Shown here one piece after another: positions 9,501 through 20,500 of a DNA stretch of 64,000 nt. This DNA comes from Nostoc sp. (GTDB taxonomy: Bacteria; Cyanobacteriota; Cyanobacteriia; Cyanobacteriales; Nostocaceae), in NCBI GenBank assembly GCA_036918135.1, contig JBALDB010000020.1:1-64000 (forward strand). Direction: 5' to 3'. The first letter of the stretch is position 1, and each line of letters starts with the position of its first letter. Both the position numbers and the translations under genes were made by a program. The notes under the pieces were generated by a model. That model was not told the origin of the DNA and searched no databases. It saw only the letters and a list, made by a program, of their open reading frames with translations.

Positions 9501-12500
9501 CTTAGTTGCCTACGTAGTGCCGCAAACAGATGTAACATCCATTAAGGACGAACTGCGTCAGTTTCTTGCCAATAAACTGCCTCACTACATGATGCCAGCG
9601 GCTTTTGTAATTTTGGAGTCCTTACCACTAACTCCCAATGGCAAAGTAGACCGCCGCGCTTTACCAATACCTGATTTATACAGTGAAATAGCAGAAAAAT
9701 ATATACCTCCACGTACACCCATTGAAGAAAAGCTGGCACAAATTTGGGCGCAAGTTTTAAAAGTAGAGCAAGTAGGTATTCACAATAATTTCTTTGAGCT
9801 AGGGGGACACTCACTGTTAGCTACCCAAGTAATTTCTCGCTTACCAGATGCTTTTGGAACTTCGTTACCGTTGCGTTCTTTATTTGAATCACCAACAGTT
9901 GCTCAGTTAAGCGAAGTCATCTCTAATGAACTGCAAACTGGTTCGGGTTTGACAGTACCGCCAATTGTACCTGTTTCCACAAGACTTGACATACCTCTAT
10001 CTTGGGCGCAGGAACGCCTGTGGTTTCTGCATCAATTAGAGGCTGAAAGTGGAGCTTACACGATAAATTTCCCCTTGCGTTTGGTGGGGAATCTGAATGT
10101 CAAAGCCTTAGAAAAGGCAATTGAGGAGATGGTGCGGCGGCATGAAGTTCTGCGTACTCGCTTTGAGATTAAGGATAACAAGCTAGTACAAGTAATCAAC
10201 CCCAATGTAACCATAAAGTTGCCGATTGTGGATCTACAAAATGTTGCAGATCCTTGGCAACAAGTGAAGCAACTAGCGATTAAAGAAGCCTACAAATTAT
10301 TTGATTTGGCTAGCGCTCCTGTATTACGGGTCAAGATATGGCAAGTTACTCAACAGGAGTATGTACTACTGATAGCCATTCATCATATTGCTGCTGATGG
10401 TTGGTCATTAGGTGCGATTAACCGCGAACTGTCTGCCCATTATCGAGCTATTGTTACAGGTAGTTCTGTTGTTTTACCAGAGTTACCCATACAGTATGCT
10501 GACTTTACCTTATGGCAACGCCAATGGCTAACAAATCAGGTACTAGAGCGTCAGTTAAGCTACTGGAAGGAACATTTAGCAGACGCGCCACCTTTGTTAG
10601 AATTGCCTACAGACCGCCTCCGCCCAGCCATCCAGACTTTTCGGGGAGCAACAGAGCAGTTTCAACTAGATAGTAAGCTAACTTCGGCGCTGAGAAAACT
10701 GAGCCAAAAGTCAGGAACCACTTTATTTATGACACTGCTGGCGGGTTTTGTGGTGTTAATGTCTCGCTACAGTGGACAAACGGATCTTGTAGTTGGCTCT
10801 CCAATCGCTAATCGTAACCGCAAAGAAATTGAAGGGTTAATCGGATTTTTTGTCAATCTCTTACCACTGAGGTTCGATTTATCAAAAGAACCGACCTTTG
10901 CAGACTTATTAACGCAGGTACGACAGGTGACGCAAAACGCCTACGACCATCAAGATTTGCCTTTCGAGATGTTAGTCGAAAAGTTGCTCTTGGAGCGAAA
11001 TCTTGCTCGTAACCCACTGGTACAGGTGGTGTTTGCTCTCCAGAATGCTCCTACTGACCCTTGGGATTTGCCGGGTTTAAAGGTGGAAGAGATGCCTTGG
11101 GAGCTTGATGCAGTACGGTTTGACCTGGAAATACACTTCTGGGAAAGCCCAGAAGGACTTGAGGGCTTTTGCTGTTACAGCACCGATTTATTTGATGGGG
11201 CGACGATCGCCCGCATGATGAAGCATTTCCAGAATTTGCTTGTGGCGATATCTGAAAATCCACAGCAGCCAGTAGCCTTACTACCCTGGCTCACACAGCA
11301 GGAGCGTCATCAACTATTAGCGGAGTGGAACGATATAGGAGTAGATTATCCCCAAGATAAGTGCATTCATCAATGGTTTGAGGAGCAGGTAGCGCGTACT
11401 CCCGATGCGGTGGCGGTAGTGTATGTAGACGCGCAAAGCGGAGGCAGCCACGTGGGCGGGTTCCCCGACTTGAGTGGACTGCCGTCGGCTTCTGGGAGAG
11501 TAAATCAACAACTTACATACCGTGAATTAAACTACCGCACTAACCAGTTGGCGCATTACTTACGTTCTTTGGGTGTGGGAGCAGATGTACTAGTTGGGTT
11601 GTGTGTAGAACGCTCTTTAGAAATGGTGGTAGGACTACTTGGCATTCTCAAAGCAGGTGGTGCTTATCTACCTCTTGACCCAGAGTATCCCACCGATCGC
11701 TTGAGCTTTATGCTTGAAGATGCTCAAGTTAAGGTGTTGCTAACTCAGCAGCAATTAATAGAATCTCTGCCCAAACATCAGGCGCATCTTGTCTGCTTAG
11801 ACACCGATTGGGAAAAAATAGCTCAAAACAGCCATTCAAACCTGGAGAATACCGCAACACCCAGTAATCTGGCATACGTCATCTACACATCAGGTTCTAC
11901 AGGTAAGCCCAAAGGCGTTTTAGTCAACCACGCGAATGTAGTGCGTCTGTTTGCAGCCACAAACTCTTGGTACAACTTCAATCAAGATGATGTGTGGACA
12001 TTGTTTCATTCTTATGCATTCGACTTTTCTGTATGGGAAATTTGGGGAGCTTTGCTGTATGGTGGACGACTAGTAGTAGTGCCATATTTGGTGAGGCGAG
12101 ATCCCGAATCTTTCTATCAGTTATTGTGTACTCAAAAAGTTACAGTTCTCAATCAGACCCCTTCAGCCTTCCGCCAGTTAATTCAAGCCGAACAGTCAAT
12201 AGCAACTGTTGGCGACTTGAAATTACGCTTAGTAATTTTCGGTGGGGAAGCCTTAGAACCCAAGAGTTTGCAGCCTTGGTTTGAACGCCACGGCGACACA
12301 AGACCACAGTTAGTCAACATGTACGGGATTACGGAAACTACTGTACACGTCACTTATCGCCCATTGAGCAAAGCTGATTTAAATCACACGGCAAGTGTGA
12401 TTGGTCGTCCAATTCCTGACTTACAGGTGTATGTGCTGGATGAACATCAACAGCCAGTACCAATCGGTGTCGGGGGTGAGATGTACGTTGGTGGGGAAGG

Positions 12501-14577
12501 CGTAGCGCGTGGTTATCTCAATCGTCACGAATTGACCCAACAACGGTTTATCTTTAATCCTTTTAACAACAACCCCCAAGCACGACTATACAAAACAGGA
12601 GACTTGGCGCGTTATTTACCCAATGGCGAATTAGAGTATTTAGGGCGCATCGACAATCAAGTAAAAATTCGCGGCTTCCGCATCGAGTTAGGTGAAATTG
12701 AAGCAGTTTTAAGTCAGCATCCCTTAGTACAGGAGAGTGTTGTAGTAGTCAGAGAAGACACCCCTGGTGATAAACGCACTTCGGCTTTGCTCAGTACAAG
12801 TCTTGTGGCTTACTTAGTGCCTGGTATGCATCACAAAACCTTACCCCAGCAGGTTGCCCAATGGCAAAGCGAGTACGTTAGTGACTGGCAAATGCTTTAT
12901 GAACAAGCTTATAACCAAAAACAAGCATCCACAGATGACCTCACATTTAATATTACTAGTTGGAACAGTAGTTATACTAGGCAACCTATCCCAGATTGGG
13001 AAATGCAGGAGTGGGTTGAGAATACAGTCAGCCGCATTCTAGCTGGTTTTCCGAAACGGGTACTAGAAATTGGTTGTGGAACGGGCTTACTTTTATCTCG
13101 CATTGCCAAGCACTGTCAACAGTATTGGGGATGTGATTATTCTATAGCTGCAATCAAGCACGTTGAGCAGATATGCTCTACAGTTGATGGTCTAGCTCAT
13201 GTGCGTCTACTGCACCAAATGGCGGATAACTTTGAAGGTATCCCTAAAGGAGAATTCGACACTGTTATTTTGAACTCAGTAGTGCAGTATTTCCCCAGTG
13301 TGGAGTATTTGTTGCAGGTTATTGAAGGAGCGATCGCGGCAATTGGCACTCAGGGTAGGCTATTCATGGGCGATATCCGCAGCTTGCCATTACTTGAGCC
13401 ATACCATGCAGCCGTGCAATTGTTCCAAGCTGCTGAAGATAGAACTATTGAGCAATGGCAGCGAATAGTAAATCAGAGTGTAGCTGCTGAAGAAGAATTA
13501 GTTATCGACCCCGGTTTCTTCATCGCCCTCCAGACACGCTTTCCTGGGATTACTTGGGTGGATATTCAGCCCAAAGGCGGTAAGGCTCAAAATGAGTTAA
13601 CTCAATTCCGCTATGATGTAACCCTACACGTAGGTACTAATGTTCAAAAAACAGCAGTTCCTTGGTTAAATTGGCAACTAGACAAGCTCTCGTTGACACA
13701 AATTCAAAATCGGTTGCAACAGGAACAGCCCCAAGTGTTGTCCGTTAGGCGTGTACCGAATCAGAGGGTACAGCAAGCACTACAAATTTGGCAATGGCTG
13801 GGACATCCCCCAGCTGTAGAAACAGTCAGCCAATTGCAGCAGTTTCTAGCACAACAGCCACCAGTAGGGATCGATCCAGAGCAGTTTTACCAGTTGGGGC
13901 AGCAACTTGGTTACACTGTCCACCTAAGTTGGTGGGAGAGTAGCCAGGATGGTTGCTATGATGTGGTGTTATGCCGCCAGAATTCAACACAGACACTTGC
14001 ACTCAGAGAAGCCGAAGTGTCTGATGCACAAGGAGCTATTGCTTTTTGGGATAGTTCAACAGTCACTACTAAACCCTGGACTGACTATACTAACAATCCT
14101 CTACGCGGCAAGTTAGTTCAGAAGCTAGTGCCGCAGGTACGTGAATATATCCAACAAAAGCTACCTGATTACATGATGCCGCAGGCTTTTGTCGTCCTCA
14201 ATGCCCTGCCTTTAACACTCAATGGCAAAGTCGATCGTCGCGCCCTGCCTTCACCTGATACAGCTACAAGAAATCTTTCCACTGGCTTTGTTTTACCTCG
14301 CACACCCATTGAAGCTCAACTGGCTCGGATCTGGAGTCAAGTCTTGGGAGTTGAAAGTATTGGTGTTAAGGACAACTTCTTTGAGCTAGGTGGTCATTCC
14401 CTACTGGCTACCCAAGTCCTTTCAGAGATCAACTCAGCTTTTGGACTCGATCTGTCTATACAGATAATGTTTGAGTCTCCAACAGTAGCCGGGATAGCAG
14501 AGTACATCAAAGTAATGGATTGGGCAACACAAGATTTGTCAGTAAAAGAAGTCAGCCTCGAAGTAGTGGAGTTATAA
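6526..14577 (+). CDS. Bimodular NRPS: docking-C-A(Ile)-T-C-A(Thr) with embedded N-methyltransferase-T
   Basis: C motifs HHIITDGW and HHIAADGW. Pocket residues read by eye are DAFFLGVTFK (Ile-type) and DFWNIGMVHK (Thr). MT motifs VLEIGCGTG and NSVVQYFP are inserted after the LVAY motif. Two GGHSL T domains. ATGA overlap with the upstream gene. Confidence 0.92.
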   Translation: MSIEEFLANLQTKGVKIWIDGDQLGCRAPKGVMTAATQQELKERKTEILAFLKEAKTATQSTSIPLMPVARDRELPLSFAQQRMWFLYQLDKESPFYNESLQMRIVRKLSVTALEKSINEIIRRHEALRTTFAVRKGIPFQSISPTFAIAIPVVDLQDVSATSVQQIVTQEIRKPFDLGIAPLLRATLLRQEAESHLLILTIHHIITDGWSMGIFFKELEALYYAFTKGEPNPLPELTIQYADFALWQRQWLTQEVQQKQLDYWKQQLADAPPLLKLPTDYPRPPVQTFSGATKKFQLTEHLTSQLVSLSKKSGVTLFMTLLAAFAVLLHRYSGQDDICIGSPFANRNRQEVEPLIGCFVNTLVLRTQIEDNPSFSQFLQQVRSVVWDAHARQDVPFEQVVEALQPERSLSYNPLFQVVFVLENFSLDTLELPDISLTPEMVERGTSQFNLSLSIWQTQERKVGAEASSDPNFVREGLIGSWEYNSDLFEAETIARMTGHFQTLLETIVSNPNHRVEELSLLTQSERHQLLVEWNDTQTNYPQDKCIHQLFEEQVQHNPNAVAVVFGNQQLTYQQLNAQANQLAHYLRSLGVTADTLVGICVERSLLMVVGILGILKAGGAYVPLDPEYPQERLSFILEDTQLSVILTQEKLVSKLGDRLRRGFADRKVDVICLDSNWDIISQQTQQNSTTSSKAQDLAYVMYTSGSTGQPKGVSIVHRSVVRLVKETNYVSISAQDVIAQASNYAFDAATFEIWGALLNGARLVGVSKELAILPKDFAAFIKAQTISVLFLTTALFNQIAQEVPSAFNSLRHLLFGGEAVDPKWVKEVLKNGAPQRLLHVYGPTENTTFSSWYLVQDVPEDATTIAIGRPIANTQVYILDKNLQPVTVGVPGELHIGGAGLAQGYFNRPETTAEKFIEIELFNKVERLYKTGDLVRYLPDGNIEYIGRIDNQVKIRGFRIELGEIEAVLSQHSHVQVSCVIVREDTPGDKRLVAYVVPQTDVTSIKDELRQFLANKLPHYMMPAAFVILESLPLTPNGKVDRRALPIPDLYSEIAEKYIPPRTPIEEKLAQIWAQVLKVEQVGIHNNFFELGGHSLLATQVISRLPDAFGTSLPLRSLFESPTVAQLSEVISNELQTGSGLTVPPIVPVSTRLDIPLSWAQERLWFLHQLEAESGAYTINFPLRLVGNLNVKALEKAIEEMVRRHEVLRTRFEIKDNKLVQVINPNVTIKLPIVDLQNVADPWQQVKQLAIKEAYKLFDLASAPVLRVKIWQVTQQEYVLLIAIHHIAADGWSLGAINRELSAHYRAIVTGSSVVLPELPIQYADFTLWQRQWLTNQVLERQLSYWKEHLADAPPLLELPTDRLRPAIQTFRGATEQFQLDSKLTSALRKLSQKSGTTLFMTLLAGFVVLMSRYSGQTDLVVGSPIANRNRKEIEGLIGFFVNLLPLRFDLSKEPTFADLLTQVRQVTQNAYDHQDLPFEMLVEKLLLERNLARNPLVQVVFALQNAPTDPWDLPGLKVEEMPWELDAVRFDLEIHFWESPEGLEGFCCYSTDLFDGATIARMMKHFQNLLVAISENPQQPVALLPWLTQQERHQLLAEWNDIGVDYPQDKCIHQWFEEQVARTPDAVAVVYVDAQSGGSHVGGFPDLSGLPSASGRVNQQLTYRELNYRTNQLAHYLRSLGVGADVLVGLCVERSLEMVVGLLGILKAGGAYLPLDPEYPTDRLSFMLEDAQVKVLLTQQQLIESLPKHQAHLVCLDTDWEKIAQNSHSNLENTATPSNLAYVIYTSGSTGKPKGVLVNHANVVRLFAATNSWYNFNQDDVWTLFHSYAFDFSVWEIWGALLYGGRLVVVPYLVRRDPESFYQLLCTQKVTVLNQTPSAFRQLIQAEQSIATVGDLKLRLVIFGGEALEPKSLQPWFERHGDTRPQLVNMYGITETTVHVTYRPLSKADLNHTASVIGRPIPDLQVYVLDEHQQPVPIGVGGEMYVGGEGVARGYLNRHELTQQRFIFNPFNNNPQARLYKTGDLARYLPNGELEYLGRIDNQVKIRGFRIELGEIEAVLSQHPLVQESVVVVREDTPGDKRTSALLSTSLVAYLVPGMHHKTLPQQVAQWQSEYVSDWQMLYEQAYNQKQASTDDLTFNITSWNSSYTRQPIPDWEMQEWVENTVSRILAGFPKRVLEIGCGTGLLLSRIAKHCQQYWGCDYSIAAIKHVEQICSTVDGLAHVRLLHQMADNFEGIPKGEFDTVILNSVVQYFPSVEYLLQVIEGAIAAIGTQGRLFMGDIRSLPLLEPYHAAVQLFQAAEDRTIEQWQRIVNQSVAAEEELVIDPGFFIALQTRFPGITWVDIQPKGGKAQNELTQFRYDVTLHVGTNVQKTAVPWLNWQLDKLSLTQIQNRLQQEQPQVLSVRRVPNQRVQQALQIWQWLGHPPAVETVSQLQQFLAQQPPVGIDPEQFYQLGQQLGYTVHLSWWESSQDGCYDVVLCRQNSTQTLALREAEVSDAQGAIAFWDSSTVTTKPWTDYTNNPLRGKLVQKLVPQVREYIQQKLPDYMMPQAFVVLNALPLTLNGKVDRRALPSPDTATRNLSTGFVLPRTPIEAQLARIWSQVLGVESIGVKDNFFELGGHSLLATQVLSEINSAFGLDLSIQIMFESPTVAGIAEYIKVMDWATQDLSVKEVSLEVVEL
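12778..12801 (+). repeat. 24-nt short dispersed repeat inserted in frame in an NRPS A domain
   Basis: DKR-TSALLSTS-LVAY versus (D/N)KRLVAY in sister modules. An inverted copy (20/24 match) lies at 13995-14018. Confidence 0.75.
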
Positions 14578-14579
14578 GC

Positions 14580-17500
14580 ATGACTAACAGCATTATTGAA
14601 TTCCTCGATCGCCTGAGCAAATTGAATATTAAACTAGAGGCCAATGGCGATCGCTTGCGTTGTCATGCACCTGAAGGCGTGTTAACTCCCGCACTTCGTC
14701 AGGAAATAGCTGGACGGAAAACAGAAATTATGCTGTTTTTACAGCAAGCCAAGCAGGTTAAAACTGCTCATCAGCTGCCCATTCAAAGAGTGCCACGAGA
14801 CGGTGAAGCTCCACTGTCTTTTGCCCAACAGCGACTCTGGTTTCTGCACCATTTATCACCGGACAGTCATTTTTATAATTTTCTGGATGCTCAAAGGCTA
14901 TATGGATCGCTGAATATAATTGCACTAGAACAAAGTCTTAGTGAACTCATTCGCCGCCATGAGGTCTTAAGAACCACTTTTCCTACCGTAGACGGACAAC
15001 CTGTTCAAGTCATTTCCCCGGACACTGCCTTAACTTTGCCAATCCCTAACTTGCAGGGATTGTCAGCCGAGGAGCAAAGCGATCGAATTCAACAAATAGC
15101 GAAGTCCTTTGCGTCCAAGCCTTTTGATTTAGCTATTGACCCCTTAGTACAATTCACTCTACTCCAACTGAGTAACCAGGAGTATGTACTGCTGTTAAAG
15201 ATGCACCACATCATCTACGATGGCTGGTCTTTGGACATCTTCAAACGTGAGTTATCTCAGCTGTATGCAGCTTTCGCTCAAAGATTGCCCAACCCACTAC
15301 CTGAATTACCTATCCAGTATGCCGACTTTGCAGTTTGGCAACGCCAGTGGCTAACAGGCGAAGTCTTGGAACGCCAACTGAATTACTGGCAGCAACAGTT
15401 AGCAGGTGTCTCTGGCGTACTAGAACTGCCTACTGATAAACCACGTCCCCCAGTGCAGAGTTTCCGGGGTAGAGTTGAGCGTTTTCAACTGGATTGCGAC
15501 CTCACACAACGCCTCAAGCAGTTGAGCCAAGAGTCAGACGCAACATTGTTTATGACTCTATTGGCTGCTTTTTTGGTCTTGCTCTCTCGTTACAGTGGTC
15601 AGTTAGATATTGTTGTTGGCTCCCCCATCGCTAACCGCAACAACAAGAGCATCCAGCAGCTAATAGGTTTTTTTACTAATACCCTAGCATTAAGGGGCGA
15701 TCTCTCTGGTAACCCCAGTTTTGCTGACTTCTTAGCGCAAGTGCGACAAACCACATTGTCAGCATACGCGCACCAGGACTTGCCTTTTGAGATGTTGGTA
15801 GAAAAGCTACAGCCAGAACGAGATTTGAGTCGTAATCCCCTGGTACAAGTAATGTTTTCCCTCCATAACACCCGACAGTCTTCTTGGGATTTACCAGGTT
15901 TAACTATCCAGGATATGTCCTTACCAATGGATGAAATGGTCAGGTTTGACCTGGAAGTGCATTACTGGGAAGTTTCAGGAGGTCTGGAGGGTATTTGGAA
16001 TTACAGTGCTGATTTATTTGATGCAACGACAATTGCTCGTATAGCCCAACATTTTCAAACTCTACTACAAGCAATTGTTGCCAATCCTCAAGAGCGAATT
16101 GCAGAATTACCATTGTTGACGATCGCAGAACGTCATCAATTGTTAGTGGAGTGGAACAATACTCAAGTAGACTATTCCTCTAATAAGTGTATCCATCAGT
16201 TATTTGAGGAGCAGTGTTTAAGTACACCCGATGCTGTAGCAGTTGTATTTGGCGATCGACAATTGACTTATCAGCAGTTGAATACTCGTGCAAATCAATT
16301 GGCGCATTACTTACGTTCTTTGGGTGTGGGAGCCGATGTACTAGTTGGGTTGTGTGTAGAACGCTCTTTAGAGATGATGGTAGGACTACTTGGTATTCTC
16401 AAGGCAGGTGGGGCATATCTGCCACTTGACCCAGAGTATCCCCAAGACCGCCTTAGTTTCATGTTAGAAGATGCTCAAGTTAAGGTGTTGCTAACTCAGC
16501 AGCAATTAATAGAATCTCTGCCCAAACATCAGGCGCATCTTGTCTGCTTAGACACCGATTGGGAAAAAATAGCTCAAAACAGCCATTCAAACCTGGAGAA
16601 TACCGCAACACCCAGTAATCTGGCATACGTCATCTACACATCAGGTTCTACAGGTAAGCCCAAAGGCGTTTTAGTCAACCACGCGAATGTAGTGCGTTTG
16701 TTTGCAGCCACAGACTCTTGGTACAACTTCAATCAAGATGATGTGTGGACAATGTTCCACTCTTATGCATTCGACTTCTCTGTATGGGAAATTTGGGGTG
16801 CATTGCTCTACGGTGGACGACTAGTAGTAGTGCCATATTTGGTGAGGCGAGATCCCGAATCTTTCTATGAGTTACTGTGTCAACAGAAAGTTACAGTTCT
16901 CAATCAAACCCCTTCAGCCTTCCGCCAATTAATTCAAGCCGAACAGTCAATGGTAACTGTTAGCGACTTGAACTTACGCTTAGTAATTTTCGGTGGGGAA
17001 GCCTTAGAACCCAAGAGTTTACAACCTTGGTTTGAACGTCATGGCGACCAATTGCCCCAGTTAGTAAATATGTACGGAATTACAGAAACCACTGTACATG
17101 TCACTTACCGCCCATTGAGCAAAGCTGATTTGCATGGCACGGCAAGTGTAATTGGTCGTCCAATTCTCGACTTACAGGTGTATGTGCTAGATGAACATCA
17201 ACAACCAGTACCAATTGGTGTCGGGGGTGAGATGTACGTTGGCGGGGAAGGCGTAGCGCGTGGTTATCTCAATCGTCACGAATTGACACAACAAAGGTTT
17301 ATCTCTCATCCTTTTAGCAAGAATCCCCAAGGACGACTATATAAAACAGGGGACAAGGCGCGTTATTTACCCAATGGCGAGTTAGAGTATTTAGGGCGCA
17401 TTGACCAGCAAGTGAAAATTCGCGGCTTCCGCATCGAACTTGGAGAAATCGAGGCGGCGCTAACACAACATTTGGCTGTAGGCGAAACTATTGTAATCGC

Positions 17501-20500
17501 GCGAGAGGACGATCCTGGCAATAAGCGTCTGGTAGCTTATATTGTCCCTGACCAAAAGTATGCTTTTCCAATTTTACAACTACTTCGTTTTCAAAATAAA
17601 AGCCTGTCTGATGAAGGGTTACTCTATAAGTTGCCGAATGGCATGATGATTGCTCATCTGAATAAAAACGAGACAGAATTCGTCTACAAAGAACTTTGGG
17701 AGGAACAGACTTATTTAAAACACGGCATCACTATCAATGAAGGGGATTGCATTTTTGATGTTGGTGCCAATATCGGTCTGTTCACACTCTTCGTGGGTCA
17801 AATATGTAAAGATGTTTCTATTTACGCATTTGAGCCAATTCCGCCTGTTTTTGATCTACTACGCACAAATGCTGAAAACTATAGCTTAAATGTGAAGCTA
17901 TTTAATCTTGGTCTTTCCAGCGAGACAAAGAGTGATACCTTTACATATTATCCTCAAGTTTCCGTCATTTCTGGACGCTTTGCTGATGCCGATCAAGAGC
18001 GAGAGGTAATTAAATCCTTTTTGCTCAAACAACAAAATATTGTAGAAAATGAGGCAGAAATATCTAGTCAGGCAATTGATGAACTGCTAACAGAAAGATT
18101 GCAAAGTCAGCAATTCACTTGCCAGTTAAGAACAATTTCTGATGTGATGCGCGAGCATGGCGTTGAGAAAATCGATTTGTTGAAAATCGACGTGGAGAAA
18201 AGCGAGCAGGATGTGCTTTCTGGTATCCAGCAAGAAGATTGGCAAAAGATTAAGCAGATAGTTGTAGAGGTTCATAACATCAATGGCAGGTTGGAGGAGA
18301 TTACAGCCCTGCTTAAAAAACATGGATACGACCTAACTATTGAGCAGGATGCTTTACTAGAAGATACTGTACTCTACAATATCTATGCGAGACGGCCATT
18401 CATAAATCAGTACCTTTTAAAAGAACCTGATAGTGAGTTAGTCAGCGATCGTGTAAAACCAACCTGGATCGATGTCAGTTCATTACTCAGTGAGTTTCGC
18501 CACTTCCTACAAAAGAAGCTACCAGAGTACATGATGCCAAGTGCTTTTGTACTACTGGAATCCTTACCCCTGACTTCCAACGGCAAAGTAGACCGCAACG
18601 CCCTACCAAAACCAGACTTAGACAGCACACTGCTAGAAAAATATGTCGCCCCACGCACGCCCATTGAGGAAATACTGGCACAAATTTGGGCGCAAGTCCT
18701 CAAAGTAGAGCGAGTTGGCATTGATGATAACTTCTTTGAATCAGGAGGACACTCGCTACTAGCAACCCAATTGCTTTCACGCATCCGCAACATTTTCAAA
18801 TTAGAACTACCACTGCATAGCCTGTTTGCAGCAGCAACAGTTGCCAAATTCGCACAAGAGATTAAGCAGTTACAACAACAAAACTTAGAATTGTCTACAC
18901 CACCTATTTTAAGGCGAGCAAATGATGCTGAATTACCACTATCATTTGCTCAACAGCGTTTGTGGTTTTTAGACCAGTTACAGCCTCTTAGCGCCTTCTA
19001 CAACGTACCCGTAGCTTTGCGTCTAGTCGGAACTCTCGAAGTTGCGGCGCTACAACAAAGCTTAATTGAAATTATTCATCGTCACGAAGCGTTACGCACC
19101 AACTTCATTAAAGTTGATGGAAAACCAATTCAGGTTATTAGGGGACTGGGGACTGAGGACTGGGGACTGGGAATAATATCAGTTATTGATTTAACACATT
19201 TACCTACCACAGAACAAGAAATTGCTTTGGAGCAATTACTGCAACAACAAGCGCAACGACCCTTTGACTTAGCCAGTGAATCATTACTCAGAGCGACATT
19301 AGTAGTGTTGTCACAGACAGAACACGCTTTATTAGTGTGTATGCACCACATTGTCTTTGATGGCTGGTCAGTGGATGTGTTTGTTCAAGAACTAGCAGCC
19401 CTGTACAATGCTTACTCTCAAGGTCAGCCGTCACTGTTAGCACCATTGCCGATACAGTACGCAGATTTCGCAATTTGGCAGCGAAACTGGTTGCAAGGAG
19501 ATGTATTACAAAGCCAACTGAGTTACTGGCAACAACAACTAGCAAATGCACCAGCTTTATTGTCTTTACCCACAGACCGACCCAGACCATCTGTGCAGAC
19601 TTTCGCCGGAGCATATCAACAGTTTGCACTACCAATTGAGTTAACCGATAGATTGGTAAAACTGAGCCAGGAGCAAGGTTGTACCCTCTTTATGACGCTG
19701 TTGGCAGCTTATAATACGCTGCTTTACCGCTATACAGGACAATCAGATATTTTGGTGGGGACACCAATTGCAAACCGCGATCGCTCTGAAATAGAAGGGT
19801 TAATTGGCTTTTTTGTCAACACCTTAGTCATGCGTTCTAACTTGGCAGGCAATCCCAGTTTTTTGCAGTTGTTGAGTCGCGTTCGAGAAGTAGCGTTGTC
19901 CGCGTATGCTCATCAGAACTTGCCTTTTGAAATGCTGGTAGAAGCATTGCAGCCAGAACGGGATCTCAGCTATACACCACTATTCCAGGTGATGTTTGCC
20001 CTCCAGAATGCGTCCACATCTCAAGTAGAGTTGACTGGGTTGAGTGTCACTCCATTGTTAGCAGAAGGCGCAACGGCAAAGTTTGATTTAAGTTTATTAA
20101 TGCAGAACACTGCTACTGGGCTGGTGGGTTTTTGGGAGTACAACACTGACTTGTTTGATGCTAGTACTATTGAGCGAATGACTAGTCATTTTGTGACTTT
20201 GCTTGAAAGTATTATTACTAACTCAGAACAGCAAATCTCACAATTGCCCCTGCTGACACAAACTGAGCAACAGCAGTTACTTGTCGAGTGGAACGATACA
20301 AGCGTAGATTATCCACAAGATTTGTGCATCCATCAGTTATTTGAGGAGCAGGTTCAACTTACACCGGATGCTGTAGCTGTTGTGTTTGAAAATGAACAAC
20401 TTACTTACCAACAGTTGAATAACCGTGCTAACCAGTTGGCGCATTACCTTAAGTCTTTAGGAGTGGGAGCAGATGTGCTGGTAGGCATTTGTGTGGAACG

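Noticed and set aside
14520..14579. N-terminal extension of the third NRPS in the ORF track
   Set aside because: It overlaps the upstream gene. The docking domain begins at ATG 14580.
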